A stretch of 64,000 nucleotides of DNA from an uncultured virus (IMG/VR IMGVR_UViG_3300026250_000242) (IMGVR_UViG_3300026250_000242), one strand, 5' to 3'. Positions 46,101-55,174 are shown, counted from the first letter of the stretch. The notes: generated by a model not told the origin, from the letters alone. Program-made: numbers and translations.

Positions 46101-47316
46101 GAGCGCGGCGCTGTTGCTGACACCCGTTCTGGCCGGAGCCGTTCCCCAGCCGACCGCAACGGGGCCGCTTGTTACGCCCCCAATTGTTGCAGAGCGGTCT
46201 GCTCAGTCCGTCGTCCCTGATTCGCCGCTGGTAGGACTGCAGCGCTTTGCCGTTCCTGAAACGCCTGCACTGGCCGCAGCGCCCATCGAGAGACGTGTCT
46301 CGCCTGTCCTGCCTGATGGGCTTTCAACCACCATTACCGGGGACCTCCGCTACGCCGTTCCGAACACCATCGACGTTCCTTTCTCAGGTGAGGTTCTGCC
46401 TCGTGCGCCGCAGGATATGTCCGCGAGCATCGCGGGGAGCGTTCAGCCCGAGCTGCCCGACTCACTTGGTTCAACACTGGCGTTTGAGCCGCAGGTCGGA
46501 GCCCTTCCCAAACTGACCGCGAATCTTGGCCTGAACGCAACGGCCCCATTACTCGCGCCGCTGCGTATTCCTGGGATTGTCGAGGCTGGCCTTCCGGCGA
46601 TGGCGCCTCTTGGGCTAAAGGCTACACTCGGTGAGATTCCGCCGCCCGAACTGCAGGCCCGGATCGCCGCGTCAATGCCTCCGTTGCCGCCGCTTCCGGC
46701 CATGTCCGCCGAGATTCGCGGGAATCTGAGCACACCCCCGCTGGAGACGCTTTCGGCCAACGTGGCGACAACCCTGCATCCGGCGATGGAGCCGGTCACG
46801 CGCCCGCCCATCCCGGTCGATATGGAACCGACACTCAAATCGGCCATGCCCATGAACTATCCGGAAATGCCGGAGAATTGGAACGTGGCCACGCCGACCG
46901 TTGGACCGTTGAGCATCCCCGGTTCGGTCGCGCTTGCGCCTCCGTCGATTTCGCCATTGGACATCCCCGCCACATTGAGCATGGCGCAGCCGGATATGGA
47001 GCCAGCCCAGCCGATTCCCGCGATGGCTCAGCCGTTCATGCCCGTGCCGGATCGGATGGAATCCTATCAACGGCAGGCATCGCTCAACCCGCGGCTCAGC
47101 CTGCTCAAAGAATCGCGTGCGCCCGAGAAGCCGACCACCGGAGAGCGGGAAGACGGCATCCGGCCATTGCTGGAAACGATCATCGCCAAAATGGATGCTC
47201 TCGCCGAACGGCCCATCGATCTGTCCGTGACAACCACGCTGGACGGACGGCGGATCGCCGAGGCCGTCTACAAGGACCTGCGCGAGCAGCGCATCCGGAA
47301 TTACGAGACTCTGTAG
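43135..47316 (+). CDS. Tape measure protein (TP901-like core, Pro-rich C-terminal segment)
   Basis: 1393 aa, Ala/Gly-rich, GSEAGT, hydrophobic helices; synteny. Confidence 0.9.
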   Translation: MNDLGLGVVVSMKDAFSRNAHRIQSSMQSLDASVAAASENMTRNLDRIQKGTMMIGAGLAALAVPAALVASTAASQKALGELASLGVRDLRAIENAAESFTNQWSGTSKAEFIGATYDVKSALSGLSDEAVGVFTSMAALTAKATKASTQEMVGTFTSGYGIFKPIMADMTDMEWATAFSGAMAQTVASFKTNGQQMADAIKNIGAVAASANVPLQEQLAVLGQLQTTMPGSEAGTLYKAFMMKAAEAGDELGLSFTDSAGRLRSVTAILEEIKGLYPDLSKAAAQVELKKAFGSDEALKFVLQMSAGTEALEGNIQSIEKAMKSGTAVTEEMARAMNLDIGSQMVLLRQQMSNLFEIMGRTLLPVVTPLIQGLSRMIVFFQNVARSIPGVTRAALTLTGALGAVLVIAGAVMSAVGLIGVAAPAISAGFAAIGTAAAGVGSAIAAWFWPVTLAIAGVVLAVYLLRKAWTTNFGGIRDAVMGVWNRVSLVFQGIKALVTSLSGGVGQMSAELAGKLEAAGLMGFVVTVFKVYHRVREYLAGLSEAFSHAFGRVRAILEPAVRSLIGAYAALYKAFFSIFEVFGLVSTAADGSSFRSLGKTVGTVLGVLLQVGAYVIRYALMPLTLVIKTLAVVVRTAVWVGKVIVGSLVMAGKFIGKFLLPVRMLGQAFVSVGKIIYSVWQILTGDVSLLDGLKAIGGAVFNFLTTPFRWARDVVAGVFGFIRDTFNAIGGFFTSAAARIGEAILNLPVIAMLRQMLATVRDFFSGDTTFLEAGKRLIMTLGEGIVSMATYPYRKVKEVLGKIRNLLPFSDAQEGPLATLTASGVALFKTFALGMSASASLPGMAFGAAIKKLVPMLSSVGGVLRDKARSVMSLVAAPFQGMQSLWGGLTERLKNAASSVLQKTGVLAGPRMEASVAAAPKGPEASLWDRLKAAALRGVQAVQQSIPSLKVPVSNVDSQSSPLPLAQRILNGVLNLAPKVDMRLVPKALSAALLLTPVLAGAVPQPTATGPLVTPPIVAERSAQSVVPDSPLVGLQRFAVPETPALAAAPIERRVSPVLPDGLSTTITGDLRYAVPNTIDVPFSGEVLPRAPQDMSASIAGSVQPELPDSLGSTLAFEPQVGALPKLTANLGLNATAPLLAPLRIPGIVEAGLPAMAPLGLKATLGEIPPPELQARIAASMPPLPPLPAMSAEIRGNLSTPPLETLSANVATTLHPAMEPVTRPPIPVDMEPTLKSAMPMNYPEMPENWNVATPTVGPLSIPGSVALAPPSISPLDIPATLSMAQPDMEPAQPIPAMAQPFMPVPDRMESYQRQASLNPRLSLLKESRAPEKPTTGEREDGIRPLLETIIAKMDALAERPIDLSVTTTLDGRRIAEAVYKDLREQRIRNYETL

Positions 47317-47318
47317 CC

Positions 47319-47789
47319 ATGAGCTGGGACCGCAAAGAGATCAAAGGTTATCTTGTCGATGTCGACACTGGAGAGCGGCTGGAGTTCCAGCACAACCCCA
47401 ACGACATCGGCGACGACAAGTCGACAGCCTACGCCGCGATCAAGATTCCCGGCATGAGCCATCCGCGCTATCAGTATGTCGCCGGGGAGCCGCGCCGGAT
47501 CGCTTTCAAAATTGAGCTGTTCAAGGGGCCTGTGAAACAGAAGGTCCACTGGCTGCGCTCGCTGCTCTATCCCGAACACGCCGGCACGATGCTCAAGAAC
47601 GCCCCGCACCGCGTGCTGTTCATCTTCGGCGATCTCTATCCCGGCGTGCTGTGCGTCGTGCGCCAGGTCAAGGCCCGCTACTTCCACATGTTTGACCGCG
47701 ACAACCTGCTCCCGCAGCACGCCGAGGTGGACGTGGTGCTGGAGGAATATGTGGACGAATCGGTCAATTACTCGGAGGTGCGCCAATGA
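47319..47789 (+). CDS. Tube-initiator / CIS tube-like protein
   Basis: LEFQHNP..I..., IPGMSHP.YQY..GE.R, P.RVLFIFG. Confidence 0.7.
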   Translation: MSWDRKEIKGYLVDVDTGERLEFQHNPNDIGDDKSTAYAAIKIPGMSHPRYQYVAGEPRRIAFKIELFKGPVKQKVHWLRSLLYPEHAGTMLKNAPHRVLFIFGDLYPGVLCVVRQVKARYFHMFDRDNLLPQHAEVDVVLEEYVDESVNYSEVRQ

Positions 47790-48076
47790 TCGGCAAGAAC
47801 TCGCGCTACGCCGGGTCCCTCCTGATCTGCGGTGCCGACGGGAACACCCTCGGCACGCGCCAGCGCATCGATACCACGCCGCGCTACGACGACCGTTTCC
47901 ACACTGTCATTGACGGCGACCGGATCGACCTGATCGCCCACCGCTATCTGGGCGACGCCCGCCTCTGGTGGATCGTCGCCGACTACAACGACCTCTTCTT
48001 TCCCCTCGAACTGGAGACCGGCGCCGTCCTGCGTATCCCCTCGGTCGAACACGTCCAGATGCGGATTCTGGACTGA
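47786..48076 (+). CDS. LysM / tail protein X-like baseplate protein
   Basis: HTVIDGDRIDLIAHRYLGDARLWWIVADYN...LRIP. Confidence 0.85.
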   Translation: MIGKNSRYAGSLLICGADGNTLGTRQRIDTTPRYDDRFHTVIDGDRIDLIAHRYLGDARLWWIVADYNDLFFPLELETGAVLRIPSVEHVQMRILD

Positions 48077-48096
48077 TCGCTTTTCCGGCCTCCCGT

Positions 48097-48129
48097 CCGA
48101 CAGTTTTCCGCTTCCTCCGGTAAGTAACC
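48097..48129 (+). promoter_or_regulatory. Phage bipartite motif copy before hub/lysis/spike genes
   Basis: CCGACAGTTT-TCCGCTTCCT-CCGGTAAGTAACC. Confidence 0.75.
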
Positions 48130-48163
48130 ATTGGGGCCGGCATACGCCCCGATGGAGAACCGG

Positions 48164-49435
48164 ATGGACCTGGACACCTTCAAACCCACGTTCCTGATCC
48201 AGATCGAGGGCCAGACGCTCTCGAAGGACATCACGCAGGAGATCACCGCCTTCTCGTTCACTGACAACGAGGAGGAACTGGACGTGCTGGAGCTGTGCGT
48301 CACCAATCGCAATCTCCAGTTCGTGGACGATCCGCTGTTCCAGGAGGGCAACGAGATCGTCGCGCGGTTCGGTTATGTTGGCAACCTCTCCCCGCGCAAG
48401 AAGGCGGTGATCAAGGACATCGACTACGACTTTCCCGAGGGAGCCGATCCGAGCATCCGCATCAAGGCCTACGACAAGGGCTTCAAACTGGCGGGCAAGG
48501 AGAACCAGAAGGTCTGGAAGAAACCGCCGCCGGGCATCCTCTATTCCGAGATCGCCCAGGAGATCGCGTCCAACAACGGGCTTTCGGCCAACGTCAAGGA
48601 GACCAAGGTTCGCCACCTGCGCGTGACCCAGAGCAACGTCTCGGACGCGCAGTTCCTCCAGGAACTGGCCGCCAAGGCGCGCGATAAGGACGGCGACGGC
48701 GTCACCGGCTACGTGTTTTACGTGCAGGACGATGAACTGCACTTTCATCCGCGCGACTTAGGCCAGGGTCCCGCCGTCGCGCTGGAATACTTCACCGACA
48801 AGAAAGGCGTGCTCCGCTCGTTCCGTCCCTCGACCCAATCGCAGGGGGCCAAGGGATGCGGGACGGAAACGCACGCCATCGGGGTCGATCCTCGCAAGAA
48901 GGAAACCGTCGAGCACAAAGCCAACAACGCATCGACTGGCGAACGCACGTCGCTGGGCAAGAAGACCTACCTCGTGGACGGCAACACGGGAGAAGGCTCC
49001 TACAAGGAGCAGGAGACGGGCCAGGTCGCGCCAAGTTTCGAGCGATCCGAGGCCTTCGACGAGGAACCGAAACAGGAGCCCGCGCAGGACCTGGCCGAAG
49101 GGCGGTTCAAGGACGCCGAACTGCGGCAGGTCGAGGCCGTGGCGGCAACCATCGGCATCCCGTCTTTGCGCGCCAAGCAGAACATCGAAGTCAAGGGCGT
49201 CGGCCAAAAATTCTCCGGGGTCTATTACTGCCACTCGGTGCGCCACAGCATCGACGGTTCCGGGTATTCCTGCGAACTCAAACTCAAAAAGAACGCGCTG
49301 GGCAAGGGCGCGGGCGACAAATCCGAGGCGGCCCAGGGCAAGCAGAACGACTGCGAAGCCCCGCCGGTTCCCAAGGAAACGCCCCCGCCGATGGTCACCG
49401 TCGACGGCGACTCCGGCGCGGTAACGGGGGGATAA
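48164..49435 (+). CDS. Baseplate hub (late control D-like)
   Basis: Q.N.SDAQFL..LA, FYVQDDELHF, G.P.LRA..., FSGVYY...V.HSI...GY. Confidence 0.8.
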   Translation: MDLDTFKPTFLIQIEGQTLSKDITQEITAFSFTDNEEELDVLELCVTNRNLQFVDDPLFQEGNEIVARFGYVGNLSPRKKAVIKDIDYDFPEGADPSIRIKAYDKGFKLAGKENQKVWKKPPPGILYSEIAQEIASNNGLSANVKETKVRHLRVTQSNVSDAQFLQELAAKARDKDGDGVTGYVFYVQDDELHFHPRDLGQGPAVALEYFTDKKGVLRSFRPSTQSQGAKGCGTETHAIGVDPRKKETVEHKANNASTGERTSLGKKTYLVDGNTGEGSYKEQETGQVAPSFERSEAFDEEPKQEPAQDLAEGRFKDAELRQVEAVAATIGIPSLRAKQNIEVKGVGQKFSGVYYCHSVRHSIDGSGYSCELKLKKNALGKGAGDKSEAAQGKQNDCEAPPVPKETPPPMVTVDGDSGAVTGG

Positions 49436-49438
49436 CGC

Positions 49439-49813
49439 ATGGGCGATCTATCGAAGAACTTCAGCCGAAGCGAATTCGCTTGCCGCGGCGAGAACTGCTG
49501 CGGCGGCAGCGCGCCGGTCCATCCCGCGCTGGTCGCGGGGCTTCAGGAACTGCGCGACAAGTTGGGCGGGCCCCTCACGATTTCGAGCGGCTTCCGCTGC
49601 AAACGGCACAACACCGCTATCGGCGGAGCGAAGAACAGCCAGCACATGTACGCCATGGCCGCCGACGTGCTCGTGCCGGAGGGCTGGACCCCGGAGACGC
49701 TGGCCGAACTGGCGGAGAGCATCGACGCCTTCCGCGAGGGCGGCATCGGCGTCTACCCGACCTGGGTGCATGTCGACGTGCGCACGACGGGGAAAGCGAG
49801 GTGGCGGCGATGA
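49439..49813 (+). CDS. Peptidase M15A (putative endolysin)
   Basis: NFSRSEFAC, ISSGFRC..HN..IGGAKNSQH....AAD, WVHVDVR. Confidence 0.9.
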   Translation: MGDLSKNFSRSEFACRGENCCGGSAPVHPALVAGLQELRDKLGGPLTISSGFRCKRHNTAIGGAKNSQHMYAMAADVLVPEGWTPETLAELAESIDAFREGGIGVYPTWVHVDVRTTGKARWRR

Positions 49814-50229
49814 CGGAGACGACGAACCGCACCATTGTCGCGGGCAAGGACATTGGCCTGATCGGCCCCTTGCAGGTCGAGATTCTGCCGGACGGCCGCC
49901 GGGCGCGGCTGTTGCAGCCCTTTCGCGTGCGGCTGCGGGAACTCGGCGAGCGCGTCATCGAGGTGCCCCAGGGCTTCGAGACCGACTTCGCGTCCGTGCC
50001 GCGCTTCTTCTGGCGCGTCGTGCCGCCCTGGGGGCGGTATTCGCCCGCCGCGGTCGTTCACGACTATCTCTATTCCACCGGCAAAGTCAGCCGGGAGGAC
50101 GCCGACCGCGCCTTCCTGACGCTCATGCAACGCCTCGGCGTGCCAGCCTGGAAGCGTTCAATCATGTATTGGGCGGTCCGCTGGTTCGGCGGCCCGGCCT
50201 GGGAAGGATGCCGTAAATGGAAAAGATGA
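49810..50229 (+). CDS. DUF1353-like protein
   Basis: VPQGFETDFASVPR, AAVVHDYLY, ADRAF, AVRWFG. Confidence 0.85.
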   Translation: MTETTNRTIVAGKDIGLIGPLQVEILPDGRRARLLQPFRVRLRELGERVIEVPQGFETDFASVPRFFWRVVPPWGRYSPAAVVHDYLYSTGKVSREDADRAFLTLMQRLGVPAWKRSIMYWAVRWFGGPAWEGCRKWKR

Positions 50230-50660
50230 ACTGCCCGGCGAACGAGCCGCTCGAACAGTGCAATCCGGGTGTGGTGGCTTCGGATATCGAATCGCTGAAA
50301 AAGACGCGCGACAGCCAGTGGTCCCGCATCGAGGAGATCAGGGAATCCCACGAGGAACACGAACGGCGGCTGGAACGGCTTGAGTCGCTGCTTCGGAGCG
50401 CCGGAGGCAACGGCCACCCCTCGTGGAGTGAACGCATGGTTCTGCTCGAAGACTGGCAGCGTCGTCAGGAGAAACTGCTGGCGACCCTGCCATCCCAACT
50501 GGCCGAAATCAACGTCCAGTTGCAGATGCTGCTCTCGCAACGCGCGGCGCATTCATCGGCAAAAACCAGCGCGCTTTGGACGGCCATCGGCTCGCTGATC
50601 GTCGCGGTTCTCGTCGGGATGGGGTCGGCGGCGCTCATGTGGTGGAGCAGCCATCCATGA
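50217..50660 (+). CDS. Coiled-coil protein with C-terminal transmembrane helix (possible lysis accessory)
   Basis: C-terminal ALWTAIGSLIVAVLVGMGSAALMWW. Confidence 0.55.
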   Translation: MEKMNCPANEPLEQCNPGVVASDIESLKKTRDSQWSRIEEIRESHEEHERRLERLESLLRSAGGNGHPSWSERMVLLEDWQRRQEKLLATLPSQLAEINVQLQMLLSQRAAHSSAKTSALWTAIGSLIVAVLVGMGSAALMWWSSHP

Positions 50661-51706
50661 TCGAGACCGCCGACAAACAGCACGAGGACCGTTACAAGAA
50701 CCGCTGGTACGGCAAATACCGGGCGTTCGTGCGCGACAACAACGACCCGGAGCGCCTGGGCCGCGTGCGCATGGAAGTCCCGGCGGTGCTGGGAACCGGG
50801 CGCGAGAACTGGTCCGAATGGGCCTATCCCTGCTTCCCCTGCGGCGGCAACGACGACACGGGCTTCTTCCTCGTGCCCGAGGAGGGCGCGTCGGTCTGGG
50901 CCGAGTTCGAGGGCGGCATCGTGCAGCACCCGATCTGGACGGGCGTCTGGCTGGCGATGAGCAATCCCGGCGAGCAGCCCGAGGAATCCAAGCGCGAATG
51001 CAACGAGCCGACGTGCCTCGACTGCGAGGACAAACTCGAACACAAGAGCCATCCTCACGACGACAAGGAACACAAGAAATACCACCAGCATCCGCCCTAT
51101 ACCTGCCCGCGATTCCGGGTGCTGATGAAATCCGAGACCGGCCACACGATTCTCTGCGACGACAAGGACGAGGAGGAGTGTTTCAAGGTCATCGACCGAG
51201 CCGGGCAGATTCTCCATTTCGAGAGCAAGGTCAAGCGGCCGATGCAGGTCGCCAACGCCCTGCGCCGGGGAACGAAGGACGCCGAACGCGGCGACCAGCT
51301 CGACCTCATGACCATGCTGCAGGGCCAGCGCTCGAAGATCGAAATTACCGACCTGGCGCGGCAGTACGTGCGATGGGAAGCATGGCAGGACAACGAGAAG
51401 ATTCACATCCAGTCCTGCGACCGGATGCGCGCTCGCTGGCAGAAAATCCTGATCGATACGACCAAGGGCCGCGAGAAGGTCCATGTCTGGGGCCTCAACG
51501 GCATGCAGGAAATCCTGATCGATTCGACGGCGGGCATGGAGAAGATCGAATTGCGCGACAAGGCGGGTCAGTTCGTCGTGATGAACGCGGCGGCAGGCGC
51601 CGAACACATCCGCGCCACCGACAAGTCCGGCAGCATCGTCTTCATGGACGCCGTGGCAGGCAACATCATCGTCAATTCCTCGAACATGGTCTTCATCAAT
51701 CCATAG
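50657..51706 (+). CDS. Baseplate spike (gpV/gp5/VgrG OB-fold)
   Basis: YGKYRAFV.DNNDPERLGRV...VP, G.FLVPEEG..VW.EFEGG....PIW. Confidence 0.88.
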   Translation: MIETADKQHEDRYKNRWYGKYRAFVRDNNDPERLGRVRMEVPAVLGTGRENWSEWAYPCFPCGGNDDTGFFLVPEEGASVWAEFEGGIVQHPIWTGVWLAMSNPGEQPEESKRECNEPTCLDCEDKLEHKSHPHDDKEHKKYHQHPPYTCPRFRVLMKSETGHTILCDDKDEEECFKVIDRAGQILHFESKVKRPMQVANALRRGTKDAERGDQLDLMTMLQGQRSKIEITDLARQYVRWEAWQDNEKIHIQSCDRMRARWQKILIDTTKGREKVHVWGLNGMQEILIDSTAGMEKIELRDKAGQFVVMNAAAGAEHIRATDKSGSIVFMDAVAGNIIVNSSNMVFINP

Positions 51707-51715
51707 GAGCGCCGC

Positions 51716-52480
51716 ATGGAACCGAGAGTCTCGATTGTCATGACCGTCCACAACGCCGGGAAATATCTGCGAGAAGCCATTGGCAGCGTGCTGGCGCAGA
51801 CCTTCCGCGAATTCGAACTGATCGTCTGGGACGACGGCTCGACGGACCATTCACACGATATCGCACGCCAACTCGCCGCTTCCGATGAACGGCTTCACGT
51901 CATCGACTCAGAGCATAAGGGACGCGGTCCGGCCCTGGCCGAAGCCTGCGCCCTGGCGCGGGGCGAGTTTCTGGGTGTCGTGGACGCCGACGATCTGCTG
52001 GAGCCGACCGCCCTGGAGGAATGCGTCGCCCATCTGGACGCGCATCCGGATGCGGGGATGGTCTACACGGACCACTTGATCATCGACGCCGACGGCAACC
52101 CGCGCGGCCTGGGCCACCGCTGCCGCATTCCCTATTCAAACGACCGGCTGCTGCTGAATTTCATGACGTTCCATTTCCGGCTGATCCGGAAGCACGTCTA
52201 CGAACAGGCGGGCGGCTTCGACGCCTCGTATCCTATGGCGATGGACTACGACCTCTGCCTGCGCCTCTCCGAGATGACCCGGATCGATCACCTGAAGCGT
52301 CCGCTCTACCGCTACCGGCGCCGCCGCGACAGCCTGTCCGCGACCCGCCGCATCGAGCAGGCGCAGTGTTCGCACCGGGCGATCAACGCCGCGCTCGAAC
52401 GGCGCGGCATGGCCGGGGAATACGTCTGCGATCTCGAAATCCAGACCCGCTACCGCTTACGGAGGACCCAGCATGGCTAG
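51716..52480 (+). CDS. Phage-encoded glycosyltransferase family 2
   Basis: VSIVMTVHNA.KYL.EAI.SVLAQT..EFELIVWDDGSTD, DADD, DYDLCLR. Confidence 0.92.
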   Translation: MEPRVSIVMTVHNAGKYLREAIGSVLAQTFREFELIVWDDGSTDHSHDIARQLAASDERLHVIDSEHKGRGPALAEACALARGEFLGVVDADDLLEPTALEECVAHLDAHPDAGMVYTDHLIIDADGNPRGLGHRCRIPYSNDRLLLNFMTFHFRLIRKHVYEQAGGFDASYPMAMDYDLCLRLSEMTRIDHLKRPLYRYRRRRDSLSATRRIEQAQCSHRAINAALERRGMAGEYVCDLEIQTRYRLRRTQHG

Positions 52481-52739
52481 ACCGCAAGCGCGTCTCGGTG
52501 ACGCCACCAGCCACGGCGGCGTGATCGTCACCGGCGCGTCGCGCACTTTCGTCAACGGGCGTCCTCTGGCGCGGCTGGGCGATCTGCACGCCTGCCCGAT
52601 CCCCGGTCACGGCGTGAACCCCATCGTGACAGGCAGCCCGGACACCTTTACCGAAGGCCGCCCCAACGCCCGGATCGGCGACGCGACGGCCTGCGGAGCG
52701 GTCATCGTGACGGGCAGCCCGGACACCACGGACAACTGA
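52473..52739 (+). CDS. PAAR spike-tip protein
   Basis: ARLGD.TSHGG, PLARLGD.H.CP..GH, PNARIGD.T.CGA. Confidence 0.93.
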   Translation: MARPQARLGDATSHGGVIVTGASRTFVNGRPLARLGDLHACPIPGHGVNPIVTGSPDTFTEGRPNARIGDATACGAVIVTGSPDTTDN

Positions 52740-52749
52740 GGAGCCCCGC

Positions 52750-53073
52750 ATGGCGATCATCGATTTGCTCAACATCCACTACTGGGACGTCTTCCCCAGG
52801 AAGATCAAAATCTCGGTTTCCGCATGGGAACGGTCCGTGCCGCTCTCCATCCGGGGCGCTTCCATCGAATATCCCGAGTTCGAGAGCGCCGACTCGACCA
52901 TCGCCTGGGTCGATTCGGACGGCGTGGTGCATCTGGGGCTTCAGGCCGGGGCCACGATGATCATGGTCTATGACTCGTGGGAGCGCACCAGCGTGCGTTA
53001 CGTCGAGGTCGAGGTGATCGACCCGGCGGTCGCGGCGGCTCCGGTCTGGATGGCCTGGGAGGAACAGTCATGA
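52750..53073 (+). CDS. Small Ig-like/hypothetical virion protein
   Basis: FESADSTIAWVDSDGVV...AGAT resembles Big_2 Ig-like pattern. Confidence 0.5.
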   Translation: MAIIDLLNIHYWDVFPRKIKISVSAWERSVPLSIRGASIEYPEFESADSTIAWVDSDGVVHLGLQAGATMIMVYDSWERTSVRYVEVEVIDPAVAAAPVWMAWEEQS

Positions 53074-54170
53074 CCCGGAACCCTTTCGTCGGGCGGCACT
53101 GCTTTGGCCGCCACATCACGCAGATCATGCGCGACATCAATCGGATCGAATATTCGCTCAACAGCGCGGGCAGCGACGTCGACGTCATGATCATCGTCGA
53201 TATCTCGGGCAGCATGGGATCGGTGATCCAGACCGTGAAGGACCAGGTGGGGCGCATCTTCTCCGAGGTCCTCGAAGTCTACAGCGGCGTTCGCGTGGGT
53301 CTGATGCAGCAGGGCGTGGATGGCAACTCCAATGATCCAACCTATGGCCGCAGGGCCTTGATCCTGTGTCAGCCGACACGCGACCACCAAGTATTCGGCG
53401 CGGCGACCGCCGCCATGCCGAGCGCCTCGGGCGGCAGCGAGTGGTATCTGAACGCGATGGAACTGGCGGCGGACCAGGCCGCATGGAATTCCGGCTCCCA
53501 GAAACTGCTGATCACGATCGGCGACGAGGTGGCCAATCAGTATCGAAACGGCACCTCGAACATCACGACGATGGCGCGTTTCGAGGAGACCATCGCCTAT
53601 CTGCAGGCGCGCGGAGTGATTTCCAGCATGATCTGCCCGCGCACGTCCTCCTGGTATTCCTGCCAGAACACCTACACGCAAATGGCCGAAGCGACCGGAG
53701 GGCGCTGGCTTGTCGCGCCGACGGACGAGGAAATCGTCGCCATGATTGTCGCGATGATCGGCTACTACGCCTTTTCGCAGACACGCTGGAATCGCTATGA
53801 GAGGTTCGGGCAGAGGGCGTCTCTGGGTGCACCGGATGGCGGTCAGGCTGTTCCGGCCCTGGACGCCATCGACGGGGCTCCGCTCTGCCCCCAATATATC
53901 CATGACCTCCGCGCGGCGGTGGAGCGAATCGTGGCGCAACAGCGGCTGATGACGTCCGACGGAGCGGTCTACGACTGGACGCTTGGTAGTCCGAACAACC
54001 TCCTCGCTTTCGCGCTTGGCGACGGCGCCGCCTACGGACTGAAGGCCACCCCTTCAGACTGGCGGCGGAGTCTTGCCGGGATGACCGGCTCGCCACCCTG
54101 TGGCATCGACATCGGCGAAGTGTTCGAGTGCGTGCGACTTCTCAAAATCGCGGCGGGAGTGAACCCATGA
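53070..54170 (+). CDS. vWA-domain protein
   Basis: DVMIIVDISGSM MIDAS, LITIGDE, MAEATGG. Confidence 0.85.
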   Translation: MTRNPFVGRHCFGRHITQIMRDINRIEYSLNSAGSDVDVMIIVDISGSMGSVIQTVKDQVGRIFSEVLEVYSGVRVGLMQQGVDGNSNDPTYGRRALILCQPTRDHQVFGAATAAMPSASGGSEWYLNAMELAADQAAWNSGSQKLLITIGDEVANQYRNGTSNITTMARFEETIAYLQARGVISSMICPRTSSWYSCQNTYTQMAEATGGRWLVAPTDEEIVAMIVAMIGYYAFSQTRWNRYERFGQRASLGAPDGGQAVPALDAIDGAPLCPQYIHDLRAAVERIVAQQRLMTSDGAVYDWTLGSPNNLLAFALGDGAAYGLKATPSDWRRSLAGMTGSPPCGIDIGEVFECVRLLKIAAGVNP

Positions 54171-55174
54171 TTGGATATGGATACGGCAGCGGACCGCTGA
54201 TCGAGGAGACTAGCAGCGCCGAGCATCATTACGAACTCATGGCGCTGGCGCGCGTTCTGGCCGAGGGGCTGGGGTTGCTGCGGGACGGCCAGGACGGCGT
54301 TTCCTACCTGGAGGAAATCCGGGACCGGATGTCGTCCGCCGGCGGGTCGGTCCCCGAAGGGCTGGAGACGATTCTTGAGGGCATTCACGGTGAACTGACC
54401 CAGATGCGGACCATCCTGCAGGCCGGGCACAACGCGAGCGAGGCCATCCGGCAGGAGGCGCAGTCGGTGCTCGATGCCCACGCCGAGGCCGCGCAGAACT
54501 ACATGGGCCAGGTGCAGACGCAGCCCGAGCCGGACTGGTATCCCTTCGAGTCGGTTCCTGTGGGAACGAGCGTGCGCGATCTGGAAAGCGGCGGGCGGCT
54601 ATTCGGACTGCCGAACGCCGACCAGGTGCGGGTCAATGCCGACGGCACGATGGTCTTCATCGGCGCGGATGGCGAGGCGCATCCCCTCCCTCCGCCCGTC
54701 AATCGTCAGGTCGCGCTTCCGGGCGGACTGGTCCTGATCCTGCGCGCCGAGGCGGTGCGCGTCACGCACGAGGCGGCGATGATCGAGGGGCTGCCGTGGG
54801 ACGCGACGCCGGAGCAGGTGGCCGCCGAACGCTACTCGGTCGCATTGCCGGGCGGTATCCGGCTGGATGTCAACCACGCCGAACACTCCGCCACGGTCAT
54901 CAACCCCACGGGCACGGTCGTGCTGCTCAGTCTGCAGCGCATCGAGGGCATTGGCGAGGATGTCGAGATTCGCCTCATCGCGGGCGGCGCCAAGAGTTTC
55001 GCGGCGCTCGAATCCGGTCATCGCGGCATCATCGAGTCCGGTGGAACCATTCATCTGGGCCTTTCCAACGGCCTGGACTTGGTCATCCGGTTCCCAGCGG
55101 GTTCGTCGTCAGGCAGCGGCAGCTCTGGATGTGATAGCGTGTGCGGGATCGATTGTCAGGAGCGCACGCCATGA
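54167..55174 (+). CDS. Hypothetical protein
   Basis: ATGA-coupled on both sides; beta-rich C-terminus. Confidence 0.7.
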   Translation: MIGYGYGSGPLIEETSSAEHHYELMALARVLAEGLGLLRDGQDGVSYLEEIRDRMSSAGGSVPEGLETILEGIHGELTQMRTILQAGHNASEAIRQEAQSVLDAHAEAAQNYMGQVQTQPEPDWYPFESVPVGTSVRDLESGGRLFGLPNADQVRVNADGTMVFIGADGEAHPLPPPVNRQVALPGGLVLILRAEAVRVTHEAAMIEGLPWDATPEQVAAERYSVALPGGIRLDVNHAEHSATVINPTGTVVLLSLQRIEGIGEDVEIRLIAGGAKSFAALESGHRGIIESGGTIHLGLSNGLDLVIRFPAGSSSGSGSSGCDSVCGIDCQERTP

